64,000 nt of DNA. It comes from Oculina patagonica (taxonomy: Eukaryota). The stretch is from assembly GCF_052425735.1 (NCBI RefSeq), contig NC_135770.1, positions 11,222,001 through 11,286,000 of the forward strand, in the 5' to 3' direction. This document shows, in pieces, positions 26,239 to 38,800 of the stretch (positions are counted from its first letter, which is position 1; each line of letters begins with the position of its first letter). The notes under the pieces are model-generated. The model was given only the letters and a program-made list of their open reading frames with translations. It was not told where the DNA came from and ran no database searches. Position numbers and translations under genes: made by a program.

Positions 26239-29200
26239 ATGTCTCGATTAGTTTTTGTTTTCATGTGTCTTTCATCAAATGTTCTTGGAGGGACAGAAGA
26301 ACGGCGGATCAGTCTTAAGCAAGGTTTGTCTGTCTTAGTCTTCTTTCTCGTCGTTTTTCAAATAGGGAATAGCTACAGTTTTTGTGAATTACTTTTCGTC
26401 ATTTTTACTGTCGTTTCAATTTCGGCTTTGCGTGTGTGCTATTTACCCGAGGTCCTTTTTTTACCAGCACGCGGGTAAAATCAAACAAGTACCGTTCGTG
26501 TTTTTGAGGCCGCAAACATGTCTTAATTTAGATGATCGCGTAGGTAGATTTGATCCCAGGTATTAAACCAAAATAGTAGCGACGTTGACTGAAAAGACCT
26601 CCCAAACTCTACAAAAACAAGAGAATTTTTGATTATCCCGGTGTTAGTGGAAAAACCCGACAGCGACGTGTGGATAAGCTTACGTTTGATCTCACATACA
26701 GTAGACCTCATCTTATACGCCGATAACCTAGCCAATTCGACCACCTACTTATAACAGACACCTTTTCGGCCTGAAAGATGCTCAGTCTGAACCTCTTTAT
26801 ACAGCCGACTTTAATACGATCAGATTTCGATGGCTAACTCGTTGGTGGTCATTAAACGGGATTTAACTTTAATGTCAAGTGGTGGGCACGTTTGTTGTCT
26901 GTTGTGTTTAAACATGTTCTCATGGAAAAATCGCGACTACAACTGTATGTATTATCATTAACCTAATCGCCGGAAGCGGCTTAAGTCTGTCTTTGTTTTT
27001 ATAATACAGTTTACTTCTAAATCCACTTAAACGCGGCTGTTTAAACTGCCTTAGTGTCGGTAGTTGAATTCGAAAAACGCTTACTTGTTTTATTTATTGA
27101 CTTAACTCCAACACTAGCAATTTGTTTAAAGCTTGTGCAAGGATTCATTGAATTTTTCGTGTTCTATTGATGAAAAAAACGTTTTGAGTTGCTTTGGTTG
27201 GAAAACTTTCCAATCGTTTTTTTGTTGAAGAGGTAGATAAGTATTCAGTAAAATTATAAATGATCAATTATTACAATCCCTTTAAACAAATTAACCGAAA
27301 ACGATTGCGGATAAAAAGGTAGAACCCAGTAGAACACGCAATACCTCGGAGGAGAAAACTCAACTCCTTCTTATAGTCGGGGTATCGTGTTTGCCTAGTT
27401 TCTAGGCTCAATGAATCGCGCCGTCACGGATCTCTGGTGACGTGCGCGGTAAAGCGGGAGGAGGGGAGGGGAGAGGAGGGACTAGAATGTACCACACATA
27501 GGTCAAGTGATTGCAACTGATCTAGCCTGTGTAGCAGGCGTCTGTGTAGTTAATTTAGTGCGTTTAAAAGAGAGCGCGATCGCGAGAAGGTCAAGCGTTT
27601 CCCATATGCGCGCTCAAAAGTGCGGCGTCTGCTACGCAGGCTACAACTGATCATATAAATGAGTAATAATATATGATGAAATAGAATAATAAAAAAGTGG
27701 CTAAAATAACTATTCTTCTCCATTCAGATGGCCGATTGACTTCACTTCCCGACAGTGCTATTGGCCTTTGGCTTCAGCAACAAAACATGGTTAAGAGAGT
27801 ATGCCACAGGGAGACCACGAGCAGAGTGCACACAGGTGACTACTGTTTTTCTTACCACTCCAGCAAAAAAAATTGCTTGATGCATGTATTGTGTTCTAGA
27901 TAAGGGCCGAAATTCTGGGCGGGGCAAATCAACAGTTACGGAACTGAATTGTCAGAAAAAACTCTGTTTGTTGACCTTGGTTGATGAATACGTGAAATAC
28001 AGTTGAAGGAATAGAGGTGAAGGAAGATACTAGATGCTAACCTCAACGGAACATTGTACTTAACATCAAGTGTTTTGATTCATGAAAGTCAGTTAAATGA
28101 TGCTTAATATCGCTAGAGTTGTTTGTCTTCGCTTACACTGAGTGGTAAACATACAACTATTTCCCTTATTACTGAAACAGATAAGAGGCGCCACTGTCGA
28201 ACATCAATATCGGATGCTCAACGAAAAACATTTTTGATGATAGATTTCAAGTGGTTGGACTGAATAGGACTGAACGTTGTTCACTTATCAATAGCAAATG
28301 CCAGCGACTTAAAAGTTCATCAAATAACAAGTATCCATGAAAAGTTTACGAAATCTACGCGGAGAATAATAAATAACACATGCAGATGCATTTAATTTAA
28401 TTTTTAAAACAATTCAAGTGCCCAACACTTGACGGTAGCTGTTCAGACTAGGTTCTAGTTGTTTTTCTTTGATCGTGGTTGATATTGGAGTTAACACTTA
28501 AGCAGTTCTGTTAGTTAACTTAATTATTTATTCACGAATAGTTTATAGACGTTTGAAAGAGAGAGGTTGACAATTGTAATGAGGGGAACGGATGTTTTCA
28601 AGTTTTGCCTCTCGCTGTAAGTGAAGTTTATCTCTAGCAATATAAATGTATCAGGAACTCGGGAATCAAAACACTTGATCATAAGTACAATTTGGGTTTT
28701 CAAGTACTTCCGTCAATTCCCTTCATGATTAAAGAATTCACGTACTCTGTTCTAGGAATGGGACAAACATTTCAAGTGGCCAATTGTAAAGCAAGTCTTG
28801 TAGATGCCGCGAGAGAGGTGGACCACTCGCGAGGAGATAAGGTATGCATCCGGAACTTTTTACATTAAAGATGCAAAGGCTACTCTGATCGCTTTAACGT
28901 TGCTATGGCAACCAGTCTTTCCTTTGAACCAAAGCAAGCGTTGCCTTAATCCGGCCAGCTAGTTAAAAAGGTTTTTTCCGCTATCCCAGCACAGTAAGAT
29001 GTTTTAGGAACTAAACAGCAGAGATTTTAATTGAGAAAAAGACCACGCCCAAGGTAAGGCGGCGTAATAAATAATGTTCAGTTGGTTAGACCTCAGACCG
29101 AAAAAAAGGTCATGGTCTCCTGTCCAGGCTTCAGTAGAAGGGCTGCACAGAGTAAAAAATAGAGAGAATAAGAAAGCAGAGGAAAACGAAAAGGAACGGA

Positions 29201-31426
29201 GCAAGGAAAAAAATCGCAACGGTTTCGCCAAAAAATGCGCCAAAGTAAAATATTGTACATTTTTACATAAAAACTTCATCAGCATCTTACTGCAGTGCGA
29301 GAAAGTACACTGGTAGCAAAGTTTAGTTTAGAGAAATTTAGCACCGTAGCGCCAAAAAATTAATTTAACGGTTTAAAGAACGCGCTATTTGAGTAATTTC
29401 AAATTTTTATGCACCCTTTAAATTTCCAGACCCACTCAAAGGAGTCCACTCATGCATGTTGTCTTGTTATTTTTTTTTTTTCTCAGGTGGATTGTCCTGG
29501 TACCGACCATTGTATTGCTTCGCTGTCTGATATCACAACCATCAGGACTTTGACTGGTGTTCGTGACGTCACGAGTGACGTCAGTTGCTCGTGCATTTCA
29601 CGTGAAAGGCGCTGTCAGCGCATGTCCAATGAGCAAGTCTTTTTCAAGGGAACAAAGTTTGAAACGAGAGTCGATGTCGGCCAGTGTATTGGAAAGTGCC
29701 GTTCACATAGTAAGCTATGTTTTCTATAAGCACGACATTTAGAAAGCGTGAGGATTTCATTTGTTAAGCGCACAGCTCTCAGCCAATTACACTCTATGAA
29801 AACCAACCATACTTGCTCAGTCTCCTTTGAGTTTTGAAGTATTACAAAAGCCAAACAAATGAATATTTTCAAGTGAGAGAACAAACATGATATCGCTTTT
29901 ATTTAGTAGTGAACTTTAGGGTCTTGAGAACATGCGAACTTTTGATTTAAAATACAGAGAGCTTTCTTGAGCGGATTGCATGGGCCTTGTTTAACTGTTT
30001 AGACCGAATGCGAACAGCTCTCATACAATTTTAACGGCTGTATTTTGTTTCCTTTGGAAAAATTACTTGGCACACTGAACAGAGCTGTCAGTTCCATAAT
30101 TAACTTTTCCCTGTGTTTGTAGGTTCTCGTGAAGTAGAATGCAGGCCAACTTCGTTTAAGACCGTCACGGTTATGGGGCCGAATGGTGAGTAGAAAAGAC
30201 CAGAAATCCAACATCTTTTAAAAACACAGTAACCATTAGGTTGCTAACTGTAACGAATATGGGTAAGAAAAAATCTGGTCCATCCAGGCTGGAGCTCATC
30301 CCGGTTTCCGTAGTATTAAGCGACTAGGAGTATTGCTACTCCCCCCTGGATGGGATGCTAGTCCATAGCAGGGTTCCCCCCCAGCATTAAATTCACCGGC
30401 ACCCAATTATACACCTGGGTGGAGAGAGGCACTGTGAGAGTAGTCTTGTCCAGGAACACAACACGAATCCGGACGGCTCGTTCTGGAGTCCAGCGCGCTA
30501 ACCATTAGGCCACTGCGCCTTCCAAAAACAAATATAAGGGAAAAGCCCTCAAATTTACAGACGTTTTCATGGCTCAATGGTAAGAAATGCCCCACAACTT
30601 GAAGTCTTAAATGTTGTAACTCAGTGTGAATACGTAGTTTCAGGCAAGCTTTCAAGCGTTTGCTTTTAAACTTGGTATGACCACTAAATTTTGCACACCC
30701 TTTCGATTTATGGTGTATGTTTGTTTATAAGTGAATTTCTAAATGTTGACAAGTAAATAATGACGTCAGGAAGGATCGCCCTATAATTCTCGTTTTATGT
30801 TTCAGGGGCCAAGTGTGTTGAGGTGATCCAGTCTTGTGCATGTGAAAGAAAGTGCTACAGAGTCTCTCATAACGAGGCCTTTGAAGTTCAACACAACAAC
30901 GTCTCAGTGACAAAGGTGAGAGTTTAAACTATTTTTGGCATCGAATCATGTCACCTTACTCACCTTGAGGTGGTCCCAGGACGTTTGAAAGAAAACAGTG
31001 TTTAAGGTTATTTAATTTTTTGTCTTTTTTTAGATCATCGATGTTGGACGCTGCGTTGGAACTTGTTCGGGTCACGCAAAAGGAGAATGCCTTTATTGGT
31101 AAATATTTCCCTTTTTTTACTGCTGAGAGTGACTATTGTGTAATTTTTCTTTACGATATTATTACAGTGTTTAGGAAACGTGTGCATGTTGAGAATACTA
31201 TTTCGCATATATGCTGTAAATCGGATCAGTAATGCACTCCCTCGTAAGCAGTTTTCCCTCTTTTCTTTTTCACAGGATAAACAACCGAGATGGATCTGGG
31301 TCGAGAACCAGGCATTGCGCAATCCGCACCAAGACGAGGCCTAAACAATGTTACCCAGAATCCACCAGAGAGCAAACCGTGGGCGGGAAGAAAGTGACTG
31401 TAATTGACTCATGTGCGTGTCGTTAG
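26239..31426 (+). CDS. pnhd-like: Pinhead-like secreted triple cystine-knot protein A, ~296 aa, 8 exons (26239-26323, 27728-27835, 28756-28841, 29487-29709, 30123-30185, 30806-30915, 31034-31098, 31276-31426)
   Basis: All junctions are GT-AG with an open frame. Signal peptide MSRLVFVFMCLSSNVLG, then repeats ending CSC, CAC, CAC with VDVGQCIGKC, CRP...GPNGAKCVEVIQSCAC, CYRVS and IDVGRCVGTC, as recalled for Pinhead. Exons 1-3 are less certain than exons 4-8. Confidence 0.85.
30278..30522 (-). mobile_element. tRNA-derived SINE in an intron of gene A
   Basis: Reverse complement of the element at 36169-36465. Further fragments lie at ~1213-1278 and ~33198-33248. Confidence 0.8.
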
Positions 31427-32598
31427 TGGAGTCTTCGATTCACGTAATTGAACATTGATGAAAACAATCTGCTGAGAACGCTGCTAACAGAACTTTGTAA
31501 GATGGTTCAGAGGAAGACATTCAGAAAGTGGTATGGTGAACGAGACGAAGACAACAAAAATGTTGTAGAACGTTAACTGAGAGGTGGTAGATCAATGGCT
31601 AAATGCCAAGAACAGGGTTTATTAATAAATAATCAAACCTTGGATGATGGTGATAATGGAAAAAGCAAATAAAAATTCGACCATGGTTTTGCTGGATCGC
31701 GGCCAGACCTAAGGAAATTGCAAAATGAATTCAGGCAAAATGTTATCCAATCTAAACACTTGTAAGCAGCTAGCTCACTTAGAAATGGTAACTAAGCCGA
31801 CAGAAAATACAAATGAACAGAACAGAAGAACAATTCGTTTATTTTGTTGATTTTTGAAATGAGCTAGCAGAGCCATTCTATCAAGCACTGATAATTAATC
31901 CTGTTTAAGTCCTCGGGGAGATATTATCACAGCCATCAACTGTGATGAGTTTGAATCTTTCTCAGATATGAATAAGTAAGAGCAATTTATTCATTCAAGT
32001 CCGACACAAAACTGTAAAAAAAAAAAACATAGTTACACTTAGAAGACAGCCCTTGCAATGAAATGTATGTTGGGCATCAATCGTCTCTTTTCGTCAAACA
32101 TTTCCAGTCAATCATAACATGCCGTGTAATTTTGTGTAGTAGATGGTCCCTCTTTTAATGAATAAGTCAGCGAATAAGGTCTTCTAGCTTCTCTCGCTTT
32201 TGTAAAAGAATTTCAAGTTTGATATCATTAAAGGAGGATGGAACGACATAGTGTCGAGCGTGTGTATTTTTCTTTTTTTTTTCTTTACTTATCTTAACGT
32301 TTGCAAAGACCGTAATTTTGCAGGTGGCCTGACAATCAAGCGTTTGCTTAGAAAGTGCTTTTGTATGCGTTGACCATCATAATCTTGCAAAACAATTTAT
32401 ATTTTTCCCTGGTAGGCACTAATGACTACTCTTGTGCCATTAGTATTGCCTAATCCGCATAATGAAGGCTTTAATTATCAATAGAGGTGCTTACAAAGGA
32501 CTGTCAATTCAATGGATCTGAATTGTCTTTACACTCGTATGCACTCATTATCTCATCAATCATTTATTTCTCTATGCCAAACTAACCTAAGTTGGAAA

Positions 32599-34290
32599 AT
32601 GTCGATGTTTTCATTTCAAACTCAAACTCTTGGAATCTTTTCGTTGTATATTTGGTTTTTGATATGGATGAATTTTGCTGGCGTGGCTTTCATAACTGGC
32701 TGCAAGACATGCAACAGCAGAATAGAGCGAGAGAAAAGATTAATGGCCGTACAGGGACAGATCCTGGCCAAGCTTGGTATGACAAAGCCTCCAAACGAAG
32801 AAAAGATTTTTATGAATATCAGTCGTGATGTAATGCAGACTTACAGGAGCGCGGTGCAAGAAAAAGACAAGCTCTTACTCGAATCAAAGCTGTGCCGTTC
32901 ACAAGTCGACGCAGACGAAGAATACTTTGCTAAGAGAGTTGAACGATTCGTACTGGAAAAAGAGGTTGCTAGAACAGTCGTGTCAAGTAAGTATGCAAAG
33001 TATGCGTAAAGGCTAGGTCAGCGAGATTTGCTTAATTATGTTCTTAGAAATATTTTCGCGATTTTCAGAAGTTTTCAAGTCTTCAGGGCTTAAGCGAATG
33101 CTTCAAATGCATTACACTTACACTCGTTGACCGGCGTGGCTTAGACTGATTCGGAAGGAAGAATCGATCTGTATTACTAATAATGTTTTGGACGAGAAGT
33201 TCGAGCCCTGGCCGGGGTCACTGTGTTGTGTTCTCGGGCAAGACACTTCAATCTTGACATAGGGTCTCTCTTAAACCATCAAGGCTTGTTAAAAGACTTC
33301 TCTTATACATAACCCCGTTTCTACCTTCGATTGACGTGTAGCGACAATCTTTCGTTACTTGTTGCAATGCCACAGGAAATGAGGTTTTCAAGAATAAGAG
33401 TAGTTTTCTGAACATAAACAACATTTGCATAACACCAATAATAAACTCTCATAGGTTCCAAAGAAGAAAAGCTCAAGGATGTGTACTCCTTAAGATTCAA
33501 CATCACCAAACTTGCAATGGAAAGTGCACGGGTATCCTTAGCGGAGCTGCGGCTTTACCAGTCACCAAACCAACAACAGCCTCTGAGTGATGTGCGCATC
33601 GACGTTTGTGAAAACACCAGAGAAGATGACAATAACACCAAGAATGGCTGCTCCAATGCGCTTGATTCTAAGTGGAGTTTATCCAGCGAGGAGAAGTGGA
33701 TATCATTTGATGTCACTTCACTGGTTCAGAGGTGGCTGGATGATTCTACGTTGAACCACGGTCTCTCAGTGACCGTAACAAGTTCTGAATCTGCAAGCAA
33801 AGATGTGGATGTTTCCCCGATTTATCTCGGTGGACCAGTACCTAAAAAGGCCCACAACGAAGACGAAGAATCTTTGCCAAATATCCTAGTGTGGTTTGTG
33901 CCTCGCGAACGAGTGCACTCGTCGAGACGAAGAAACAGGCGGTCCCTGGATTCGAGTTATTGCAAGAAGCGACCCAAAGAAAAGCGTTGCTGTCTTCGCT
34001 CGCTGTACATCGACTTTGAGAAGGATTTGCGCTGGAAATGGCTTCACGCGCCGAAAGGTTTCTACGCAAACTATTGTGCTGGACAGTGTCCTTTAATGTG
34101 GGGAGTCGAGAAGCAGAACCACCACACTTCCATTATGGCTTTGTACAACAGAATCAACCCTAATGCCCCAGGGGACCCCTGCTGCGTACCAAAATCTTAC
34201 GAGCCCCTGGTTGTCCTGTACTTCAAAGATGGTGAACCTAAAATTGATGAGCTGTCCAACATGGCGGTCAGCGAGTGCACTTGTCTGTGA
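32599..34290 (+). CDS. TGFB-like: TGF-beta sensu stricto ligand precursor, ~407 aa, 2 exons (32599-32986, 33455-34290); start codon uncertain
   Basis: Signal peptide; LAP-like GCKTC...KRLMAVQGQILAKLGM...YFAK; furin site RRRNRR; 9-Cys mature domain SLDSSYC...CCLRSLYIDFEKDLRWKWLHAPKGFYANYCAGQCP...PCCVP...LSNMAVSECTC, closely matching TGFB1-3. Confidence 0.96.
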
Positions 34291-35045
34291 ACCGGCATAG
34301 TGGCTCTTAACAAGCTTGGGTTGGTCTTTCGGCGGAAGACATCTTTACGGCAAAAAACAGGAGCTCAAACATGGATTGAAATTTGTATGTATATGGGGTA
34401 AAACTGAGTTCCCCTTGTTATACAACATGTATCGCTAATCAGAGTCTTCGAGTCTTTTTTGTCATCTCAACGTTTTTTTTATACCTTTTTTGGGTTGGCT
34501 TAACGTTAAAGAATGGTCAAGAATGATGTCAAGTTTTATCAACGTTTTAGTGAATTAGAACTTACACTCCACGCAATATTTAGCAATGTAATATCACTGA
34601 GTTTTTACATTTCGTTTTACTCGGACTTTGTTGTCCTTGGGTGCATGAGGCCAGTTAGAAAATAAGATAGTAGGACTGCAGATAAAGGAGTGTGTTTCCA
34701 AACATGTGTATCAAAATAAAGCAAAAACTTACCTTGAATCAGTGTTTCTTGTTTTTAGCTAATGGCCCTTAGTACAAAACAACTTCTCAACAAACCTGTA
34801 GTCGAAAAAACCTACAAGGCCTCGACAAGCTCTCTAGCCGGGGAACTTGGATGAACGCGCCACTCCGACATATTCCCGCGCTTTTTTGAAAAATGAACAG
34901 GCGAATGTGCCATTTTGGATTTTCCCGCGCTTTTTGTAGCATGACGGTAACCGAATAAATTCGTCGGTTGGTTCGATTGGTGAACATAAATTGTAGCACA
35001 TCGTGCGCGTAAAAACTCCTACTGTAATATCTTGGCTGATGTTTT

Positions 35046-35290
35046 CAGGGGCGGATCCAGGATTTCAAAAGGGGGGGGGGGGGGTGGATGGCAGACCATT
35101 AGGGCCTAACCCTAACCCTAAGTGGCGGCAGACGGCGAATCGTGGCGTAACAACAACCAGACATGAGCGAGAGCTAATTTTTCTTTCTTTATTTATTTTC
35201 TATTTCAAATAAAGCGACATTTCCAATTTTTTTTACTGAAAAATGGGGGGTGGATATCCACCCTATCCACCCCCCCTGTATCCGCCCCTG
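35046..35290. mobile_element. hAT-like MITE with a 5-bp TSD
   Basis: TIRs CAGGGGCGGATCCAGG / CCTGTATCCGCCCCTG, GTTTT on both sides, and an internal CCTAACCCTAACCCTAA. Confidence 0.75.
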
Positions 35291-35588
35291 GTTTTATATT
35301 TAACTAATAACGTGTGGTTAATACGAACCAGAAAATAAACCGCTTCTCAATCAATGGAACAAGCTCATCTTGTGTTCAAGTGCTTTTATTGCAAGTGTTC
35401 ATGTAGTTACAATACCATTTGTCTGACATTTGGATGGTGCAAGTGCGTGAAAACATAGCTTGATAACAAGTTTACTACAAAAAATAAGCACACATTATTT
35501 TTTCGAAAAGACGACGGCTCTTGAGAAGGGACCTAGGAGAGGAGGAGAGGGGCGGATCCCCACTTTTTGTTGAATGAGTGCAAGACTT

Positions 35589-35752
35589 GTAGGTAAGTAG
35601 GTAGGTAGGTAGGTAGGTAGGTAGGTAGGTTGGTAGCTAGGCCAAGGGGTAGCCAGCCAGGCAGGCAGGCAGACAGGTAGGTAGGTAGGTAGGTAGGTAG
35701 ATAGCTAGGCACGCAGGTAGGTAGGTAGGTAGGTAGGTAGGTAGGTAGGTAA
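35589..35752. repeat. (GTAG)n microsatellite, interrupted
   Basis: Read directly; lies in the presumed 3' UTR of gene B. Confidence 0.95.
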
Positions 35753-35884
35753 GCAATTTAGCAAATTTAGTGAAATAGAGCAATTAGACTACGCCGTGGA
35801 ATCAGACATAACCGTTCAATACAATGGAGTTGAAAAATAATGAACTAAAAGATTCAGTTGAAGACGAATTGTACGTTCTGCACA

Positions 35885-38800
35885 TTAGTTACATTTGCAA
35901 CGTTTTATGACATTAACAGTCTTGGGAGCACCATGCTCAGCAAACAGAACTTGTGCCCCAAAGGACCTGGAACGGCATTTTCCTCCAGTCTCTCCGGGTG
36001 AGGACGACAGCATGCAAACTTTGGACGGCACGTCAGAGCCTGGGTACCAGAGAGGGTTATCTACCCTGTAAAGAATAACCAGTTTTAAAATGCGTAGAGT
36101 CAAAGGGTGAACGCTAATTCAAGTATACCATTTATATAAAATTGCATGTTGGTCACAACAGGAGGAATGGGAGACGCGGTGGCCTAAATGGTTAGTGTTC
36201 CAGACTCTGGATGGAGTGGTCCGGGTTCGAGCCCTGGCCGGGGTCAGTGCGTTGTGTTCTTGGGCAAGAAACTTTACTCTCATAGTGCCTCTCTCCACAC
36301 AGGTGTATAAATGAGTTCCAGCGAATTTTTATGCTGGGGGCAACCCTGCGATGGACTAGCATCCCATCCAGTGGGCGTAGAAATACTCCTAGTCGCTTAA
36401 TACTAAGAAAACCGGGATAAGCTCCGGCTTTATGGGCCACTTGGCTCCACGCAGACTTTACCTACCTTACAACAGAAGGACTTGCTCAGATACCTGATTA
36501 TATGTATTGTGTTTATGTTAAGGAGAAATTAATTTGATCTTGATAACTCTTATTCTTACCAATGAAGACAGCGCCCCTTCTTTCTTTTGGAACATTCTCC
36601 AACGCAGCGCCCGACATCAATGACCTACAGAAACGCGAATGTTATTAATATTCGAACCCTTTTCTTCTAGGCTCATCAATTAGAGTTGTACGTATTTATT
36701 AACGAAAGTAGCTACTTATGACAGCTATATCTTTTTTCTGGAATTTGTCTTTAAAGGCCCTTAACTCGACCAAACTATTTTAATTAAAGATAGGCGTCCT
36801 TTAAAAAATGCATGATTTATAATCTCCGAGTCACTAAGAGGACTGAGTCCCTTCATCGATCTGACGATTTTGGATCCTATTCCGACACTATGTCTTTTAG
36901 CCTGGGTGTGTTGAGCTGGATATTAGGATATTGAAAGAATTTTATCAAGGATGAGTTAATTAGCTCATGTAGTTTTGGCCGCCTTTATTAAATGAGACGT
37001 CAAACCTTGGTGATTTACTCGGTTAATATGTATCGCAAGAGAAGACAATAAGTCATGGACTTCTGCTTCTACTAATAAGAAGTTAGTTCTTATGGGAGAC
37101 TTCGGCTGAGCTTAGCCTAGCTTCTTTTCTCTGCTTCTCTTCTACTAAGGATTCAGTTATTCCCTGTCTTTTCAACTCTATTTTGGTTTTGTTTTTTTCA
37201 CGATTATATCCGATGCTATCAACGGTATATTTTATCAGTCGAAGAAAAGTTCACGCTGTTGTATATGCTATAAAGATCATGTTGTAGTATTTTTGTAAGA
37301 CAGTAGGGAGGAAAGAAGATCGAGCATCCATTCATATAGGGGCTTAAAATATCCTTGTTCAGGTATTTTTTACGCTGAACTCACCTGCTCCACTGTTTTA
37401 TTGGCACCGATCTTCTCGTCAAATACCGTGATACTGTATAACTGATGGAATGACACGCGGCGACAGTTTCGCGCGCAGCCGCACTTCAAGACTTTTTCCA
37501 CACAATGAGCACCTATGGAATCAGTCATGGGGTAAAGAATTAACGGTTGGAAAAAGCTACTGAGAAGTAAATCCGAGTTTTTAATGGGGATGTTCCTGGG
37601 CCTAATAGTTAGTGCGTCAGATTTGAAATTTAGAAAACCGTGTCATTGTCTTCGTATTAATATGTCCCTCGTTGATGAAAATATTTTTATCTCACAGTAC
37701 CTCTGTCCATCCAGGGGAATCGATCAGGAAACCGGACAAACACTGGGGTCATGCATAGTGGTGTTTACCTGCTATCTCATCGAGATAGAGCCACTATTGA
37801 TAATCATAGTGACTGTGAATGCTTTAGAAACCGGTATAAATTTTAGTTTTGGAACATAGTTAGTAGAGGAACGACCAGACGATACTGTAGACAAAGGTTA
37901 AAGAAACTTACCGTTCGGACCTTTCACGTTAACAGTTTTACTGGCAATGGGCAGACATGTCTTCTTTCCTGAACAAACAAATATCGCTGCAACTGTCAAC
38001 CTTGAATTTTGCTTATAAATTAGCTTCGCCTCAAAAATTATAATTAAGGGGACATACTCTTACGGAATGCTTTTACCTCGAATTCGACTCCAATGTTTTA
38101 ACAAGAAAATTGCAGATTATTATAAGTAATTAAGTTATAGAGGATGAGGTTATTTCTCTTCTTAGTTGGCATAAAAGACAAAAAATAGCATTTGCTGACT
38201 GGACAATTTTTCGATATGTTCGCGAAAACTGGAACTTTATTTTCTGTTAAGTCGTCAAACCGGGCGAATTTGAACGAGGACGAACGCTAAGGGTGAGCTC
38301 TACGGTAGACCTGCCAGCAGGCTCTCTTTTGCTTTAAAATCCGTGAGGATGAACGCGAAAATAACTATAATTACTAGCGCGATAAATGAGCGGCGAAGCC
38401 GCGAGTTTAGCTTGGTTGCTATTCTCGTGTTCATCCTCACAGATTTTAGAGCAACAGAGAGACTGTTCGCAGTATAACTCTGCGAGGTCGCTCACTCTCA
38501 TCTACGGTAGACCTGCCAGCAGGCTCTCTTTTGCTTTAAAATCCGTGAGGATGAACGCGAAAATAACTATAATTACGAGCGCGATAAATGAGCGGCGAAG
38601 CCGCGAGTTTAGCTTGGTTGCTATTCTCGTGTTCATCCTCACAGATTTTAGAGCAACAGAGAGACTGTTCGCAGTATAACTCTGCGAGGTCGCTCACTCT
38701 CGCGCGCTATAAACCATAGTATGTATAAACTAAAAAAAAAAAACTGAAAAGAAACGTCTGTGGACGGACTAGCTAGCTCCTGTATGGAGAATGAACAAAA

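Noticed and set aside
32599-34290. Calling the ligand ADMP because it neighbours Pinhead-like genes
   Set aside because: The mature domain has the 9-Cys TGFB pattern and LYIDFxKDLxWKW, not the 7-Cys BMP/ADMP pattern.
36169-36245. tRNA gene
   Set aside because: The A/B boxes belong to a SINE head that continues into a repeated SINE body.
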